The notes under the pieces are model-generated. The model was given only the letters and a program-made list of their open reading frames with translations, was not told the DNA's origin and ran no database searches. Shown one piece after another: positions 1-18,385 of a stretch of DNA of 64,000 bases; the stretch's first letter is position 1; each line of letters begins with the position of its first letter. The DNA is from the human T2T-CHM13v2.0 reference genome, Homo sapiens: NCBI RefSeq assembly GCF_009914755.1, contig NC_060931.1; one strand, 5' to 3'. The translations under genes were made by a program, and so were the position numbers.

Positions 1-311
<311 letters not shown>

Positions 312-427
312 TGATGTTCAAGCTAGTAAAATTTCATATTTTTGCTTTAATTCTCCATGTTCCATGTCGAAAGATGTTGGAAAAAGTTGAATGTCGAATA
401 CCCTACAGTTTCTGACTATTTTGCTTC

Positions 428-733
428 TTTTTATTTTATTTTATTTATTTTATTTTTTTGAGACGGAGTCTCACTCTGTTGCTGGAGTGCAGTGGCACGA
501 TCTTGGCTCACTGCAATCTCCCCCTCTCGGGATCAAGTGATTCTCCTGCCTAAGCCTCCTGAGTAGCTGGGACTACAGGCGTGTGCCACCACAGCTGGCT
601 AATTTTTGTATTTTTAGTAGAGACGGGGTTTCACCATGTTGGTCAGGCTGGTCTTGAACTCCTGACCTCATGATCCACCCGCCTTGGTCTCCGAAAGTGC
701 TGAGATTACAGGCGTGAGCCACCGCGCCTGGCC
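428..733 (-). mobile_element. AluS SINE
   Basis: Full dimeric Alu in reverse with T-rich tail, ends CGCGCCTGGCC. Confidence 0.95.
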
Positions 734-1224
734 TGTTTCTATTTAAAAGTGCTTTTAGGGCATAAAACATTCCCTTCCTTCCCCCAAGGTTTTAATAATT
801 AGTATTATTAGTGGGAATCTTATTCTGATTGAATCTGTCTTGCAATTACTGGAGCCAGAAGACATTTGAGCAATACACTTTTGTATTTGAGGCTCTTCAA
901 TATGACAGTATATCCCAGTAGGCTATATTTTAATCAAAGGCATAACTTTTTCTTCACATTTGTTTACATCCTCTTAGTCAATGGTAGGCCTTTTCCTTCT
1001 CCAGCCTGCTCCAGGACCAGGAACCTGATTCTCGGTATGGAAATTGTATACTGTCTGCTTGGTTATGAAGGGCTTATTTTGTTTAATATGTAGCTCATTA
1101 AATCTTCCTTGCATTCACCACTTATGATAGCCCCAAAGAGAAGCTTGATTTACATTTCGTACATTTTTCCTTGTAATTAGTACAGGAGTGAAGTTATTTT
1201 ACATTGTTCTACATCCTAACTAGA

Positions 1225-1800
1225 AGGGGAGATGATCTGCTTTCATTTTGAAAAAAATATTTTTACTGGATATGGAAATAAAGGTTGGCAGTTATATTCA
1301 TTTAGCATTTTAAAGATATCATTACATTGTTGTCAGGTTTCCATGAATTTAATGAAAAGTCAGTTGTTATGCTCACTGTCATTTCGTGGCAGGCAATATT
1401 TTATTATTTCCTTCTTCTTGCTGTTTTTCAGACTGGTTTCTTCCTTTCTGGTTTTCAGAAGTTTTGCCATAGTGCTTAGGTGTGATTTTCTCTATTTCTA
1501 TTATATGTGGGATTTGCATCACCATTGGAATTCAGGGCTCAATATCTTCTATGGCTATGAAAATTCTTTACACTTATCTCATTATATACTGCTCTGACAC
1601 ACTCTCAATTATAAAAATTACACATGTATTATATTTTTTCCCATGATGGTACTATATCTCTCACACTCTTGTCTATATTTCCCATCCCCTTTTTCTCTTT
1701 ATGCTACAGTCTGGATATTTTTAATTGATATTTTATCCAGGTGAATAATCTTCTGGGGTTTTTTTTTGTCCAATCTCTAATAATTTATTAAAGGAAGTTT
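1225..1800 (-). mobile_element. Old L1M fragment (ORF1 region), highly diverged
   Basis: T-rich sequence resembling reversed L1M ORF1 (TATTTTTACTGGATAT...GGTTGGCAGTT...CATTGTTGTCAGGTTTCC); boundaries approximate. Confidence 0.55.
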
Positions 1801-3937
1801 AGAGGTTCAGAAACTATTTTCTTGGTCCTTAAATAATTTTTTATGATTATGTGATTGCACAAAGTACATAAGCACAAACCATTTTTGTAATCTTTATTCT
1901 CTTCACCAAAGTCAATGCTTGATACACCTTTTCTCCTGGTATCTATCTGTATTGATCTTTATGATTTCCCCTTCTATCACTTTATTAAATGTCCTAATTT
2001 TAGTTACTTATTTTATTAAAATAGCCCCATTATTGCTAATTGTTCAGACCATTCATTCTACCCTTCCAATCCACTCTACAAAGCCTAACAGATTGATTTT
2101 CAAAATAGATGTTACTTACCTGCTCAAAAGATTTTAAATTTTCTCCAAGCAGTCAATCCATATTTTTAAAATATTTTCTCGTCTTGTGAATCTTGTTGTT
2201 AAAAAACCAGCTTTTGGGTCAGGACATCATGTAAAACACATAAAATAAACTTGCTGCGTTGAGGTTGGGATACCAGCAGTTCTTTTCTCCTTCAGGGATC
2301 TTTAGGGCACAAGTTGAAATCACCTGGCTTCAGTGGTAGAGGATGAATTTCTTGACATGATTTTTAGCACTGTCTACAGTCAGTTTACAAGCTGTCTTGG
2401 CTATCTTATATCCCACTGTTTTTCTGCATGAGCAGAGTTGATGTCATCTGGAAGCTCTTAGAAATATAAAATCTAAGGTTTCACCTTATACCTACTGAAT
2501 AATCTACATTTTAACATTAATGTGTAGGAAGCATTGCACAGGACCCCTATAGTGTAAGTAATAAGGTTTTCTCCTGTTTCTTAAGTATTTATCTTGTTTT
2601 TATTCTTTGCTTTTCATAATTTATTTGTATTTTTTTCTGTCTTCATTCTATGTACTTTATCCTGAATTCAAACTTATCATCTCCTCTAATTATATTCTAA
2701 CACAGAGTTATCTAATCATTCCTCGGCCTGTCTACAGCCCTTAGTTTATTCAACTTGTATAATATTCATTAAAAGTTATATTTTGATTATGTGGACTTAC
2801 AGCTACTAGATTGTGATCTTCCTCAGTTAGGAATCATATCCTTTAAAAACTTCTCACCCACAGTGTCCGACACAAAACCGCCTAAAAAGGTCTGTTTAAT
2901 AGTTGTTGAATGAATGAGACATTAGTCATGTTCAGAGTTTGGTATGGAATTTAAAGGAATGCAAATTATTTATAACACAGTTGTATATTAGGTCAACAGT
3001 CTTTCTACCCTGTATGAGTTTTAAAAGAAGAAGTGTTTGTCTTAATTTCAGCACTATTGAAGGAAACATAATCTATACTAGGAAGCTAAACTATAGCAAG
3101 CTAAATATGCCTGCCTAGCATTACCTATACTCGTCTCATATCATTCAGTGTAGGATAGGTAGTAATATTGGAGTTCTTTTAGGAATGGGTATTTTCTCAC
3201 CTGCTAATTTCAACACATGGTATACTGAAATGGTGCGTGATTGTGAGTATTAATACCATGGGAGGTTTTAACAATTTGAGAAAATGAGCATGTTAGCAAC
3301 AAATCAGTAAATGAAATAGATTGATTCTTTCAAAATTAATCCTAAGGTCTTAAGCCTAGTTACTTCTCTGGAAAAAATAAAATTAGTGTCAGGCATGAAC
3401 AAATTTGTCGGGAAAAAGTTATTAAACAAAGTGTTACTTCCAATAAAATGCATCCAGTTATTGTTCTGTTGCTAAGGAGTTTCATAAAATTGCTCCCAGA
3501 GAAAAAGCAGCAGAAGCAGGCATAAAAAATGATGAGTGTGATAGATGGTTTATGGCTTTTCCTGTATGAATCGAGTACCTGGGAGATGGTAGGATGTTAT
3601 GTGAGTGTAAATATGTACTGGAAGAGTGTTTAAAGTTTGAATTTCTACTGACACATTGTCAGGTTGTAAGTTAGCTAACCTCACTACTATCTGTAATTTT
3701 TTAATTTATTTTTCTTTCTAATGCAGCTCTTCAAAAATGATCACTACTCTTCTGAAACATAAACTTTCAAAAATTTGTATTATTTTTATTTCAATAAGAA
3801 GATAAAGCTACTGCAACTCTTTCAGCTTTCCTCTGTCACAGTTCAAGGTTTCTCTGCATCTTCAGTGATGTTCCTTTCTTTCGGCTCCAAGTAATAACAA
3901 AAACCTTGACTTAATTGGCTTTAAAAGTTGAGATTTT

Positions 3938-4234
3938 GGCTGGGCGCGGTGGCTCAGTCTTGTAATCCCAACAGTTTGGGAGGCCGAGGCGGGCGGATCA
4001 CCAGAGGTCAGGAGTTCGGACCAGACTGGCCAACATGGTGGTGAAACCCCGTCTCTTTTAAAAATACAAAAATTATCCAGGTGAGGTGGTGGGCGCCTGT
4101 AATCCCAGCTTTTCAGGAGGCTGAGACAGGAGAATCGCTTGAACCTGGGGAGGCGGAGGTTGCAGTGAGTCGAGATTGAACCATCACGCTCCAGCCTGGG
4201 CAACGGAGCGAAACTCCACTCAAAACAAAAAAAA
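3938..4234 (+). mobile_element. AluS SINE with TSD
   Basis: GGCTGGGCGCGGTGG start, A tail, TSD AAAAGTT(G/A)AGATTT at 3923-3936 and 4231-4244. Confidence 0.95.
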
Positions 4235-5615
4235 GTTAAGATTTCATTATTTCACATAAAAATACGTTTAATAACATTACCAAAGGCCCAAAAGTATTTA
4301 ATTTTTATGTTCTCAAATCTCCTCTACATTGTCATTAGATTTCGACCCTCAAGAATGTAAGATGACTACAACAGCTACAAGCTGCAAACTTTCACACTAA
4401 GGAATCAAAAATGGAAGAGATGAGGATTGTATTTCCTCAGTTTGTCTCATTTTGAAAATACGCATTTTTTCTGAGAAGGCTCCCTCACCCTGCTCTTCAC
4501 GTTTCCTGCCCACTCACTTTTCACTGCAGTTTATCTTTCTTGCTTGCCTCATTTTTCTTTTTAGCATTTCTCACCATTTGACATGCTGTGTGTTTTACTT
4601 ATTTATCTATTGTCTTCAGATTCTTAATAGACCCTACTTCTCATGAGGACAGAGATTTTTTTTCACTTTTTCCATGAATGTGCTCTCTCATGTGTGCTTT
4701 AGACATCCCCTTTCCTCACAAGTATCCTGTCCTTGTGTGTGACACAGAAAGTTTTATGGTTTTGTTGTTGTTGTTGTTGTTGAAATTTACCTCCTTGCTT
4801 GGCATGTAAGAGTGACAAAAAACTCACTTCGGTTTTTTCTTACATCTGTGGTCACCTTCCAACTTCTCTGTTTATTCTCAGCCTCCTTCAATGAAAATAA
4901 AACCAGAGCTGGATTTTTTAAAATGGAGCTTTTACAATCTGTTTTAATGTACTTAACTGGGCCAATTGAATTGAACACCAAAACATAGGCAATTGCAAAT
5001 AAATATTTGTCTACATATTAGGTGTAGTAAATGAAGAAAGGAAAGAAAATATGGAAGGTACCTATGGCCTCATTTTTTACTAAATCTGATTCCAAGTCGG
5101 CATGTTCTCACAGTCTAATAGCAGGTCTACTTTCATCTGTGTCTGGTTATTGTTAGCTGTACATTCTCAATCTTCATGACTTAACTGCATTTAGCCCTCA
5201 ACTTTGGATGCTGTGTATTAGTCAACATAGGATGGGTTATCCGTGCAAACAAATGGCCCAGAAATTCATAGCTTAAAACAATCATGCTACATCTTAACTG
5301 CAGAGAAGGCAGGCTTTGCTTATTATAGTCATCCAAGGACTAATGTAGTAGTCATGAAATCAAACATATCTAAAGGGGCTTTTGTAGGCAATTAAGTGTT
5401 CTGGCCAGAATTTGATATAAAGTCCCTCCTAACTACAGAGAAATTAGGAAGTATAATTCTATTGTAAGCCCAGGAATAAAACAGAACTGGAACTGTGTTC
5501 TGTTTTTAAACAGAAATAATGACTGCAACATTGTTATTCACATAGTGAGTCAAAGAGTCATGTCAAATATTAAAATCATTACCTGAACAAGCAAGATAGG
5601 TCTAATTCCAGATGA

Positions 5616-6122
<507 letters not shown>

Positions 6123-7240
6123 CCTCTGCCCAAGTTATTATTATGATATTCATTTTTTGTTGATTTAGTCCTAAGACTAGTCCAGAGAACCATAGCGTTG
6201 AATTGTTTGATTAGTTTCTTTCTTTTTTGAATATGGACACACAGTTTGATCTGTTAACAACTTTTTGAAGCTAAGCACGTTGTGTATCAAAACATATTCA
6301 GTATGTTTCAAGGTGAGAACATTATCACAACATTCTTTAGAAAATTTCTTTCACTACTCTACTTCAGACCTTAAAATACAGGGTATCATTGGTGTCTCCT
6401 ATCTTCAATATTTCTGTTTTAAAATTTCACTTGTCCTTTATTTGTACTGGTAGAGTTTAAGGAAATGGTTTTTCTGTGAAATTCTTATTAAAAAACTTCA
6501 GTATATTAATTAGATAAAAATGTTTTATGTAAAGTATATTTTAAGTTTAAATGAGTTTAAACATAAACTTAAATAAGTGTGGTTTTCTCTATTTTTATTA
6601 TATTTGGGTTTATAATAATATGCCTATTATGAATATGTTAACAACAATAAAATTATTTGATTCACGCAAAAAATGTGAAAGGTATATTGGGGAATATAGT
6701 TGTAATCCTATATTAGCTATAGCATCAAATTGATTTCTGTATTATTCGGTTTTACAGAAATGAGAAAATCTTTATTCACATGTTACAAGTGATATCCTTG
6801 GTTTTTGTTTGTTCATTTGTTTGTTTTCCAAACAACCTGCCCTGAAGTCTCAAGATACTCTTCATTTAAAATAAAGAGAAGCTGCTGGACATTTTTATCA
6901 AAATGATGCAGCAAAATCTAATATGTGAACCTGTTCTCATACAGTTAAATATTCAATTGAGAGTTTTTCATGTAGACACCAAGTCTAATATGATAATAGC
7001 TTTTGAAGCTAGGCATATTGTGTACCAAAATTTATTTAACGTATTTTTCATTTCTTATATCAACATGAGAACATTATCAGAGTGTTATTTAAAAAGTTTC
7101 CTATATCTCTTCACTTCTTGATGATTTTTAGATAAAATATTTATATGAAACTCCAATATATAAATCAGATTAAAAAGTTTGTATGAATGTATATTTTAAA
7201 TTTAAATTTATATAACATGCTCATTATAAGTCTGTTAATA

Positions 7241-7508
7241 GGCCAGGAGCAGTGGCTCACGACTGTAATCCCAGCACTTTGGGAGGCCAAGGCGGGAGGA
7301 TCACGAGGTCAGGAGGTCGAGACCATCCTGGCTAAAACGGTGAAACACCGTCTCTACTAAAAATACAAAAATTTATCGGGGCATGGTGGCGGGCGCCTGT
7401 AGTCCTAGCTACTCGGGAGGCTGAGGCAGAAGAAGGGTGTGAACCGGGGAGGCAGAGCCAGCCTGGGTGACAGAGCGAGACTCCGTCTCAAAAAAAAAAA
7501 AAAAAAAA
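7241..7508 (+). mobile_element. AluY with ~32-nt deletion in right arm
   Basis: GGCAGAGC joined directly to CAGCCTGGG at ~7458; TSD AAGTCTGTTAATA on both sides. Confidence 0.9.
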
Positions 7509-7578
7509 GTCTGTTAATAAGAACAATGAAATTATTGAAGTCATTGTTCCATAATTTCATTATTAAGTTATTGAATTC

Positions 7579-7615
7579 AAACAATTACAAGTTACAGTCT
7601 AACTTGTAATTGTTT
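7579..7615. repeat. Perfect 16-bp inverted repeat with 5-nt spacer
   Basis: AAACAATTACAAGTTA-cagtc-TAACTTGTAATTGTTT. Confidence 0.95.
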
Positions 7616-7898
7616 CCTAGAAAATACTCTTTCAAATTCATTTTTTGTAATAAGAGGTTTAACAATAAAATAACACGTATCAACTGCTTCATGCCTATAC
7701 TTATTAGAAATTGTCTCAACATTTCAAGGCAGTCACATTTGTCTTTTTTTGCACACTAAGTTCAAATGTATATTCTTCTTTCATTCATCGAGCCACTGAT
7801 TACTTTATCTACACAGATTTCACTGTATAATTGTGAATGTAATGTAATATAATGTAATATACATTCCACATTGTACATTGTGGAAGATCTACATTATG

Positions 7899-7930
7899 TG
7901 TAGATCAGAATGTTAACATTCTGATCTACA
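7899..7930. repeat. Perfect 32-bp palindrome, no spacer
   Basis: TGTAGATCAGAATGTT|AACATTCTGATCTACA; all 16 pairs checked. Confidence 0.97.
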
Positions 7931-8399
7931 TTGCCAGATTGAGTTCATCTGCTTAATAAATTCAGGGCAGAGAAACACTATAAAAGCCAGAAAAACTTTG
8001 AAACTATCCCTTACATCATGTTATAAGGACTAGAGTTGGTACACATTACTGAGAAAGCATGCACTGAGGACAGGGTGCCAGGCCTAGTCTTCTGACGTTC
8101 ATCAGGGTGTTGCCCTGTTTGCTGTATTTGAGTGATTAGTAGTCTATTTTAAGTTAATATACACATTTTTAATCTTCCTTAACAATGAGATATTCTCAGT
8201 AAGTGCAAATGTTTATTCTGAAATTGTAGAAAAAAATTTATTATGTGGTTTTCATAAAACAGGCTAAGCTGGCAGTATAAATTAATATATTACTTTACCC
8301 AATATGTTAAAATTTTATAATAACATGCTTAAGTATATGTTTTAATACAGATTTTTAACTTAACTAAACTATAGAATTTCTCTATGCATGTCTAATACC

Positions 8400-9920
8400 A
8401 TTCCATGGTTTCAACTGCTATTTGGTGGAAATAATTTCTACATCTACGTGTAAAATTCACAGCCCCATAATTTCAGATCCATTACTTTGAACTGTCTGCC
8501 CTGTTGGAATCTCTCCTGGTAAAGAAGAAGAGTTACCTCTTGCTTATTTAACAATTCCCAACTTTTTCTGCCCCTACAGGCAAACAGTAAACCAGGAAAG
8601 TCTTTAAATGAAAACCATCAAAAGCTCATTTATATTAAAACTGTAGCCCCAGTTTTGAGAGTGGGTTTATCTTGTTGTTTAAATTTTTCCATTGAAAAAA
8701 TACCATATAGTTATATAAGCCTGAGATTCTTTTTAATATTAAGAAGTGGTACCAAATTTTTACCCTGAAGTGCATTAAAGTTCCTTTTCCAAAAAGTTAT
8801 CATTTGGGGGATTATTTGAAGTTGTTTCAATGGCAGGGAAAGATTTGGAATTTTGTGAGGGTAGGCACGTACCAGTGTTAGAGTGTATGAATTTAGATAT
8901 ATACTCTTTGAACACGAGTTTCAGAGATCATTATCTAAGTTTGAAAATCCAAGGCAGACTGGACATATCTAATTCAAATAACCTCCAGGCCTCTATAATG
9001 GTATATGAACTCTAATTTGATAATTCTGTTTCTAAATCATCCAATTCCTTCACCAGATACTCAAGCTAGAGTCTTAAGGTGATTTGAGTTCTTGTTTTTC
9101 ATCCACTTGATCATAACCATTTGTTCATGAAGGCTGTTTAATTTTAAATATAAAATGTGTCATACATCTGTTTTCTTATTTTCATTTCTAATGGCAATTC
9201 ACTTTTTCAGACCTTCACATCTGGTTTGTGATTGCCAAATTCCCAATTTTTCTTCTTCTAATATATTGAACATAGAACCTCAGGTTTTGTTTTTTAAAAA
9301 CACAAAATTCAAGTGACTCTGTTCAGAAACGTGTGAAGTCTCTTAGTGTGTTTCGAAAACTCTCATAATATCTTCATTTCCCTTTACGATCTGACACATA
9401 ATTACATGATTTCTCCCCAAACTCTTCACACCTACCTCCATCAAACACATGCAATGGACACAACCCATAGACTAACCAACCATACCAAAACTAAGATCCA
9501 TTTTTACACTGCACCATTCACTTTCAAGTCTCTGGTCCTTAGTAATTTCTGTTTCCTCTACCAAAAACCTTCTTTCCTAAAAGTCTTCTCTATTAACATC
9601 CTTCTCATTTGAAAACCTTCAGGATATAGTTCAAATGCTACGTGAGACGTTGTTCAATTTCTCAAGTTGGAAGTAATTTCTCCTTCATATATGTTATTTT
9701 AAAAAGCTTTATGACATTGCCAATTAGAATGCCAATTATCAACAATATCACGATATTTTATGGTTATTTTTGAACATGTATGTCTCATTTGCCCCATTCC
9801 ACTCCCTCACCTTAAAACTCCTTAATAGAAGTTATATTTTTCTCACTTTATTCATTTTAGGCACTGAATAAATATTTTCTGATGTATAAATGAATGAACA
9901 AATGGATAAACATGAATGAT
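8400..9920 (+). mobile_element. Dispersed L2 fragments
   Basis: L2-like patches ending in the typical (AATG)n tail AAATGAATGAACAAATGGATAAA at ~9890-9910; boundaries approximate. Confidence 0.5.
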
Positions 9921-10218
9921 TAAAAATGAAGGATAAAAGAATTCCCACAAGTAAAAAACCCAAAGAGTAGATGAACCAGCATGAATAGTGGTTTTTTTTT
10001 TTGTTTTTTTTTTATTATACTTTAAGTTTTAGGGTACATGTGCACAATGTGCAGGTTAATTACATATGTATACATGTGCCATGCTGGTGTGCTGCACCCA
10101 TTAACTCGTCATTTAGCATTAGGTATATCTCCTAATGCTATCCCTCCCCCCTCCCCCCACCCCACAACAGTCCCCAGAGTGTGATGTTCCCCTTCCTGTG
10201 TCCATGTGTTCTCATTGT

Positions 10219-13821
<3,603 letters not shown>

Positions 13822-13884
13822 TATGACGTTAGCTGGTTATTTTGCTCGTTAGTTGATGCAGTTTCTTCCTAGTCTCGATGGTCT

Positions 13885-14544
13885 TTACATTTTGGTATGA
13901 TTTTGCAGCGGCTGGTACCGGTTGTTCCTTTCCATGTTTAGTGCTTCCTTTAGGAGTTCTTTTAGGTCAGGCCTGGTGGTGACAGAATCTCTCAGCATTT
14001 GCTTGTCTGTAGAGTATTTTATTTCTCTTTCACTTGTGAAGCTTAGTTTGGCTGGATATGAAATTCTGGGTTGAAAATTCTTTTCTTTAAGAATGTTGAA
14101 TATTGGCCCCCACTCTCTTCTGGCTTGTAGAGTTTCTGCCGAGAGATCCGCTGCTAGTCTGATGGGCTTCCCTTTGTGGGTAACCCGACCTTTCTCTCTG
14201 GCTGCCCTTAACATTTTTTCCTTCATTTCAACTTTGGTGAATCTGACAATTATGTGTCTTGGAGTTGCTCTTCTCGAGGAGTATCTTTGTGGTCTTCTCT
14301 GTATTTCCTGAATCTTAACGTTGGCCTGCCTTGCTAGACTGGGGAAGTTCTCCTGGATAGTATCCTGCAGAGTGTTTTCCAGCTTGGTTCCATTCTCCCC
14401 GTCACTTTCGGGTACACCAATCAGACGTAGATTTGGTCTTTTCACATAGTCCCATATTTCTTGGGGGCTTTGTTCGTTTCTTTTTATTCTTTTTTCTCTA
14501 AACTTCCCTTCTCGCTTCATTTCATTCATTTCATCTTCCATCAC
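13885..14544 (-). pseudogene. L1 ORF1p C-terminal part (RRM/CTD), N-terminus lost
   Basis: QEIWDYVKRPNLRLIGVPE...ARREWGPIFNILKEKNFQPRISYPAKLSF. Confidence 0.95.
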
Positions 14545-14883
14545 TGATACCCTTTCTTCCAGTTGATCACATCAGCTCCTGCTTCACCATGAATAGTTTT
14601 CTTGTTGAATTACCAAATAGAAATAACGTTAGAGCCAGAAGATACGGAACTGAAGGAATGGCTCAGAGGCCTTGCATGCTGTGTGCTCTCTCTGCCTTTT
14701 CATTTGAGCTAGTCACCAGTACCTCTGCTCTAAATGCAAACTCTTCTACCTGCCAGGCAGAAAGTGAAGGGGTTTTGACAGTAACAACTATGGAAATCTT
14801 ATGATGATAATTATTACTAAACACTTTGAAGTCAATCACGAACATGTTGTCAACATTTATTTAGGCTAAAGATTGTGGCTCTT

Positions 14884-15335
<452 letters not shown>

Positions 15336-16269
15336 TTACTGATATTTGAAGAACAATTACCTGATAGTTGGTATTTAATTGTGCCCAAGAAAGGAGAACT
15401 TATTTTGGTGATAATTTTTAACAGTCTTAGCTGAGAGCTACTTGGAGTTTATAGGGCTTACCTCAAAAATAATGGGTAGGTACATTGAATTGTCTCTCTA
15501 ATTGGTGTCTTTGTGGAGGTAAAAACTAACATTAAGTGCCTGCCAGGTAAAGTAGATTGTAGGTGTTTTACATTTATTATAAAATGTTTATTCTTGTGAT
15601 AACTCCATGAGGCAAATGCATACTTTTCATATGAGAATACTGAAGACCTGAGAAGGTTTAGCAGTATGTTTTAAGTTATTAAGCAAGCGATGTGTTGAGT
15701 TACAGTTTCTGTTTATTAATTGGCCTGTAGTAAACCATACTTCTAGTTAAACATAAAGCCATGTTAATACCAGTAAAGTATTTCCTTAAATTACCAGAGG
15801 TAAAAGTAGTTTAATTGTGGTGTCAGAGTAAAAATTAAAACCAATTCCACCTGGTGCCAAGGCCTGTCTTCATCTTTTGATAAAATCATACTCTCTGTGG
15901 TAAACTGGTTCATAAATATGGAGATGTTTACAAGTTTCCATGGTAAATGAGCTCTGTGCTTCCATTTGTCATCAGTGTTCTCGAAATTCCATTTTATTCT
16001 TCTTTACCATGGAGCTTTATTTAGTTCGCTATTACAACTTTGAGTTTATTTTTGAGAATATTATTTTATGTCCATAAATTTTCATAATCATACATTTATC
16101 CTGCTTCTCCAAGTTCCATTTCTGATTCTCACTAATATTTTTGCTATTGTAAGTGAATACTACTCTACTTTCTCTTCATTTTATGCTTTCCCTCATACAA
16201 ATGTAGATCACATGTGTATTTTTAACAAGCAAGGATTAAAAATAAAATTAAATAAGGCTTATTTCCTGG

Positions 16270-16780
16270 AAGAGGTCATAGTCAAGCTAGGAGAAATGCA
16301 TATGAACAGATTGCTATTTGTGAGTCTCCAAGATCACCCTCTGATCAATAATTAGAATAAATAGCAAAGGCCACCCTTCAGAGCTTGCTATAGCAAGCCA
16401 ACCAGCCAGCTTAAATTGAGTTTGGCTAATAATTAAGGGCAGGGAGGGTAATGAAAACAATTTCTGGTGGAATAAAGGGAAGGCTTCAGGTATATCCTGA
16501 TTGGAGGCTGTTGGAATGGGAAGTGGAAGGCAGGCTAACTAGACGCAGGCATCTTATGTGATTGGTTGGTGGAGCATATTTAGCTTCTCTAGTTCATTCT
16601 GATAAGAAAATAGAGGCAAAATTAGGGAATCTGATAGTTATTGATTAAGTCTTAAACATTTTGGGCTAGTTGCTACAGAGGTTATGGTTTGACTTCACCA
16701 GACTGGCATCTTCAGTCTGTGAATTAGAGTACTGTTTTTCGTTATGGTTTGGCCATTGTCTATTTGTGTCTTCAGTCTCT
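16270..16780. mobile_element. Old ERV LTR-like element, family unassigned
   Basis: Composition and motifs (AGCTTGCTATAGCAAG, GATTGGTTGG) resemble ancient ERVL-class LTRs; not firmly identified. Confidence 0.35.
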
Positions 16781-16879
16781 GAGCTTTATCAAAAAGCTCA
16801 TAGAATAATAATCTATTAACCTTTTCAGCCCAAACAACAGTGTGTCAGAGCAATGAACATGTTTTGTGACAATGGCAAT

Positions 16880-17180
16880 GTGACAGTGAGTCCATGTCCA
16901 TAAGATCCACATCTTATTACTATGTCCCTATGTCCAGAGGCAGCCCTGAGTGGCTTGTCTCAATTAAGGTGCGAGGTTGGGGACAATCCCCAGTGAAGTT
17001 ATGTAAGAAACTGGCAGATAATATATAACGTTCTGTCTGCAACAGCTGAAGTACTCAGATCTGGGAATCAAGGAGTAGAGGTAGAAGTGGTTCTCACCAC
17101 CATTCCAGTGACCCAAGAGGTAAATTTGTGTTTCTCAGCCCTCCAAAATTAGTCTCAGCTTGATTAGAGGTTTAGTGTTT
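16880..17180 (+). mobile_element. ERVL/MaLR internal (pol-derived) fragment
   Basis: GGGAATCAAGGAGTAGAGGTAGAAGTGG...CATTCCAGTGACCCA resembles ERVL internal sequence. Confidence 0.45.
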
Positions 17181-17439
17181 TTGACTCATGGAAAATTAGA
17201 TGTGAATAAATTCTTCCTCTTTTTTCCTTTTGCATGAACTCTCTTGAAATGCAATTTATGTGGTTACTAGTGAGAGTTGTCTGGGAGATGGAGCAATTAA
17301 TGCATTCTCATATTGGTTCTCCATCTCTTTCCCTTTCTTAACTGCAGCTCCATGTGATTTGTCCTTGCTGATGAAGCAGTAACATATACAGCATTGCTCT
17401 AGTGTCTGCATTCTGTGGAACGGAGGGTAAGATAACAAG

Positions 17440-18060
17440 GTCCCAAGAATCTCTTAGCTTTTTAGTTTATGAAGTGCATTCACTGCCCTGAGATAGCTGA
17501 AAAAAGATTAGGTTTAGGGCTAAAAGATCATTCACTGAGTTGGACTTAATAACTAATTTAGACATGCAGAAGAAAATACTAGGGAGGAATTTGGATATAT
17601 GCATATGCAGCTCAGGAGACGTCAAGATTGGTTGCATAATATGATGGGAGTCATCAGTGTGTGGATTGCAGCTGAAGCTCTGATAGGCATGGATTGTTTA
17701 CGGAGAGAATGTGGAGTAGTAAGATAAGCAGAACTGTGAACAATCTTGGGAAATAATACTACATGTATTACTCGAGGTGAAGAAAATGAAATTATATAGA
17801 AGTAGAGAAGCAGCTGATATGGAACATAAAACAACAAAGCAGGAGATTATGGAAGCTAAGAAAGAATAGTAGCTCAGACTTCAGGTGATTCACAACAGCA
17901 TAGAATGCTACTGCAGAGTCAAGTAAAATAAAGAGCCAAAAGACACTTATTAAATGTGAGATCATGAAGATTATTGGTGATACTGGGAGAGGAGAGGTAT
18001 TATTTCCTTAAAGAGTAAATGGGGCAGAAGACACATTGAGCATTAGGAAATGGCACAAAG
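17440..18060 (-). mobile_element. L2 fragment
   Basis: Purine-rich reversed L2 motifs (GGGAGTCATCAGTGTGTGGATTGCAGCTGAAGC). Confidence 0.55.
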
Positions 18061-18334
18061 ATAAGAAAGAGAATGGAACATCCTGTAAACTTCCTTCAAT
18101 CTAATGGTGTTAAAATATAGCAGTAAGACTGAGTGAGGGATGCTATGTGGAGGGGAGTCTTTTCTAAAAAGACACTTTGTATTGCTATGAAAATTCTCAT
18201 AATGCGAGGAAAGGCGAGTGTGTTTGTTTTTTCTACTTGGAAAACATCTAATGCAGTAGATTTTGTAATAGCCTGTGGTCCCTAGATGAAATAAGGAAAG
18301 ACTTCAGGGGATAAGTAAACACTCTAAATTTGTA

Positions 18335-18341
<7 letters not shown>

Positions 18342-18381
<40 letters not shown>
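18342..18381. repeat. (TG)20 microsatellite
   Basis: Uninterrupted TG run. Confidence 0.97.

Positions 18382-18385
<4 letters not shown>

Noticed and set aside
4787-4981. Minus-strand ORF ending at a GAG|GTAAAT donor-like site, a possible coding exon
   Set aside because: No convincing acceptor or pyrimidine tract on minus, and the peptide resembles nothing I recognise
14589-14845. Overlapping short ORFs next to the L1 5' junction
   Set aside because: The ATG lies in the L1 TSD; no splice signals or recognisable protein; lengths are expected by chance
18342-18381. (TG)20 as a special Z-DNA regulatory element
   Set aside because: Ordinary microsatellite with no nearby promoter evidence
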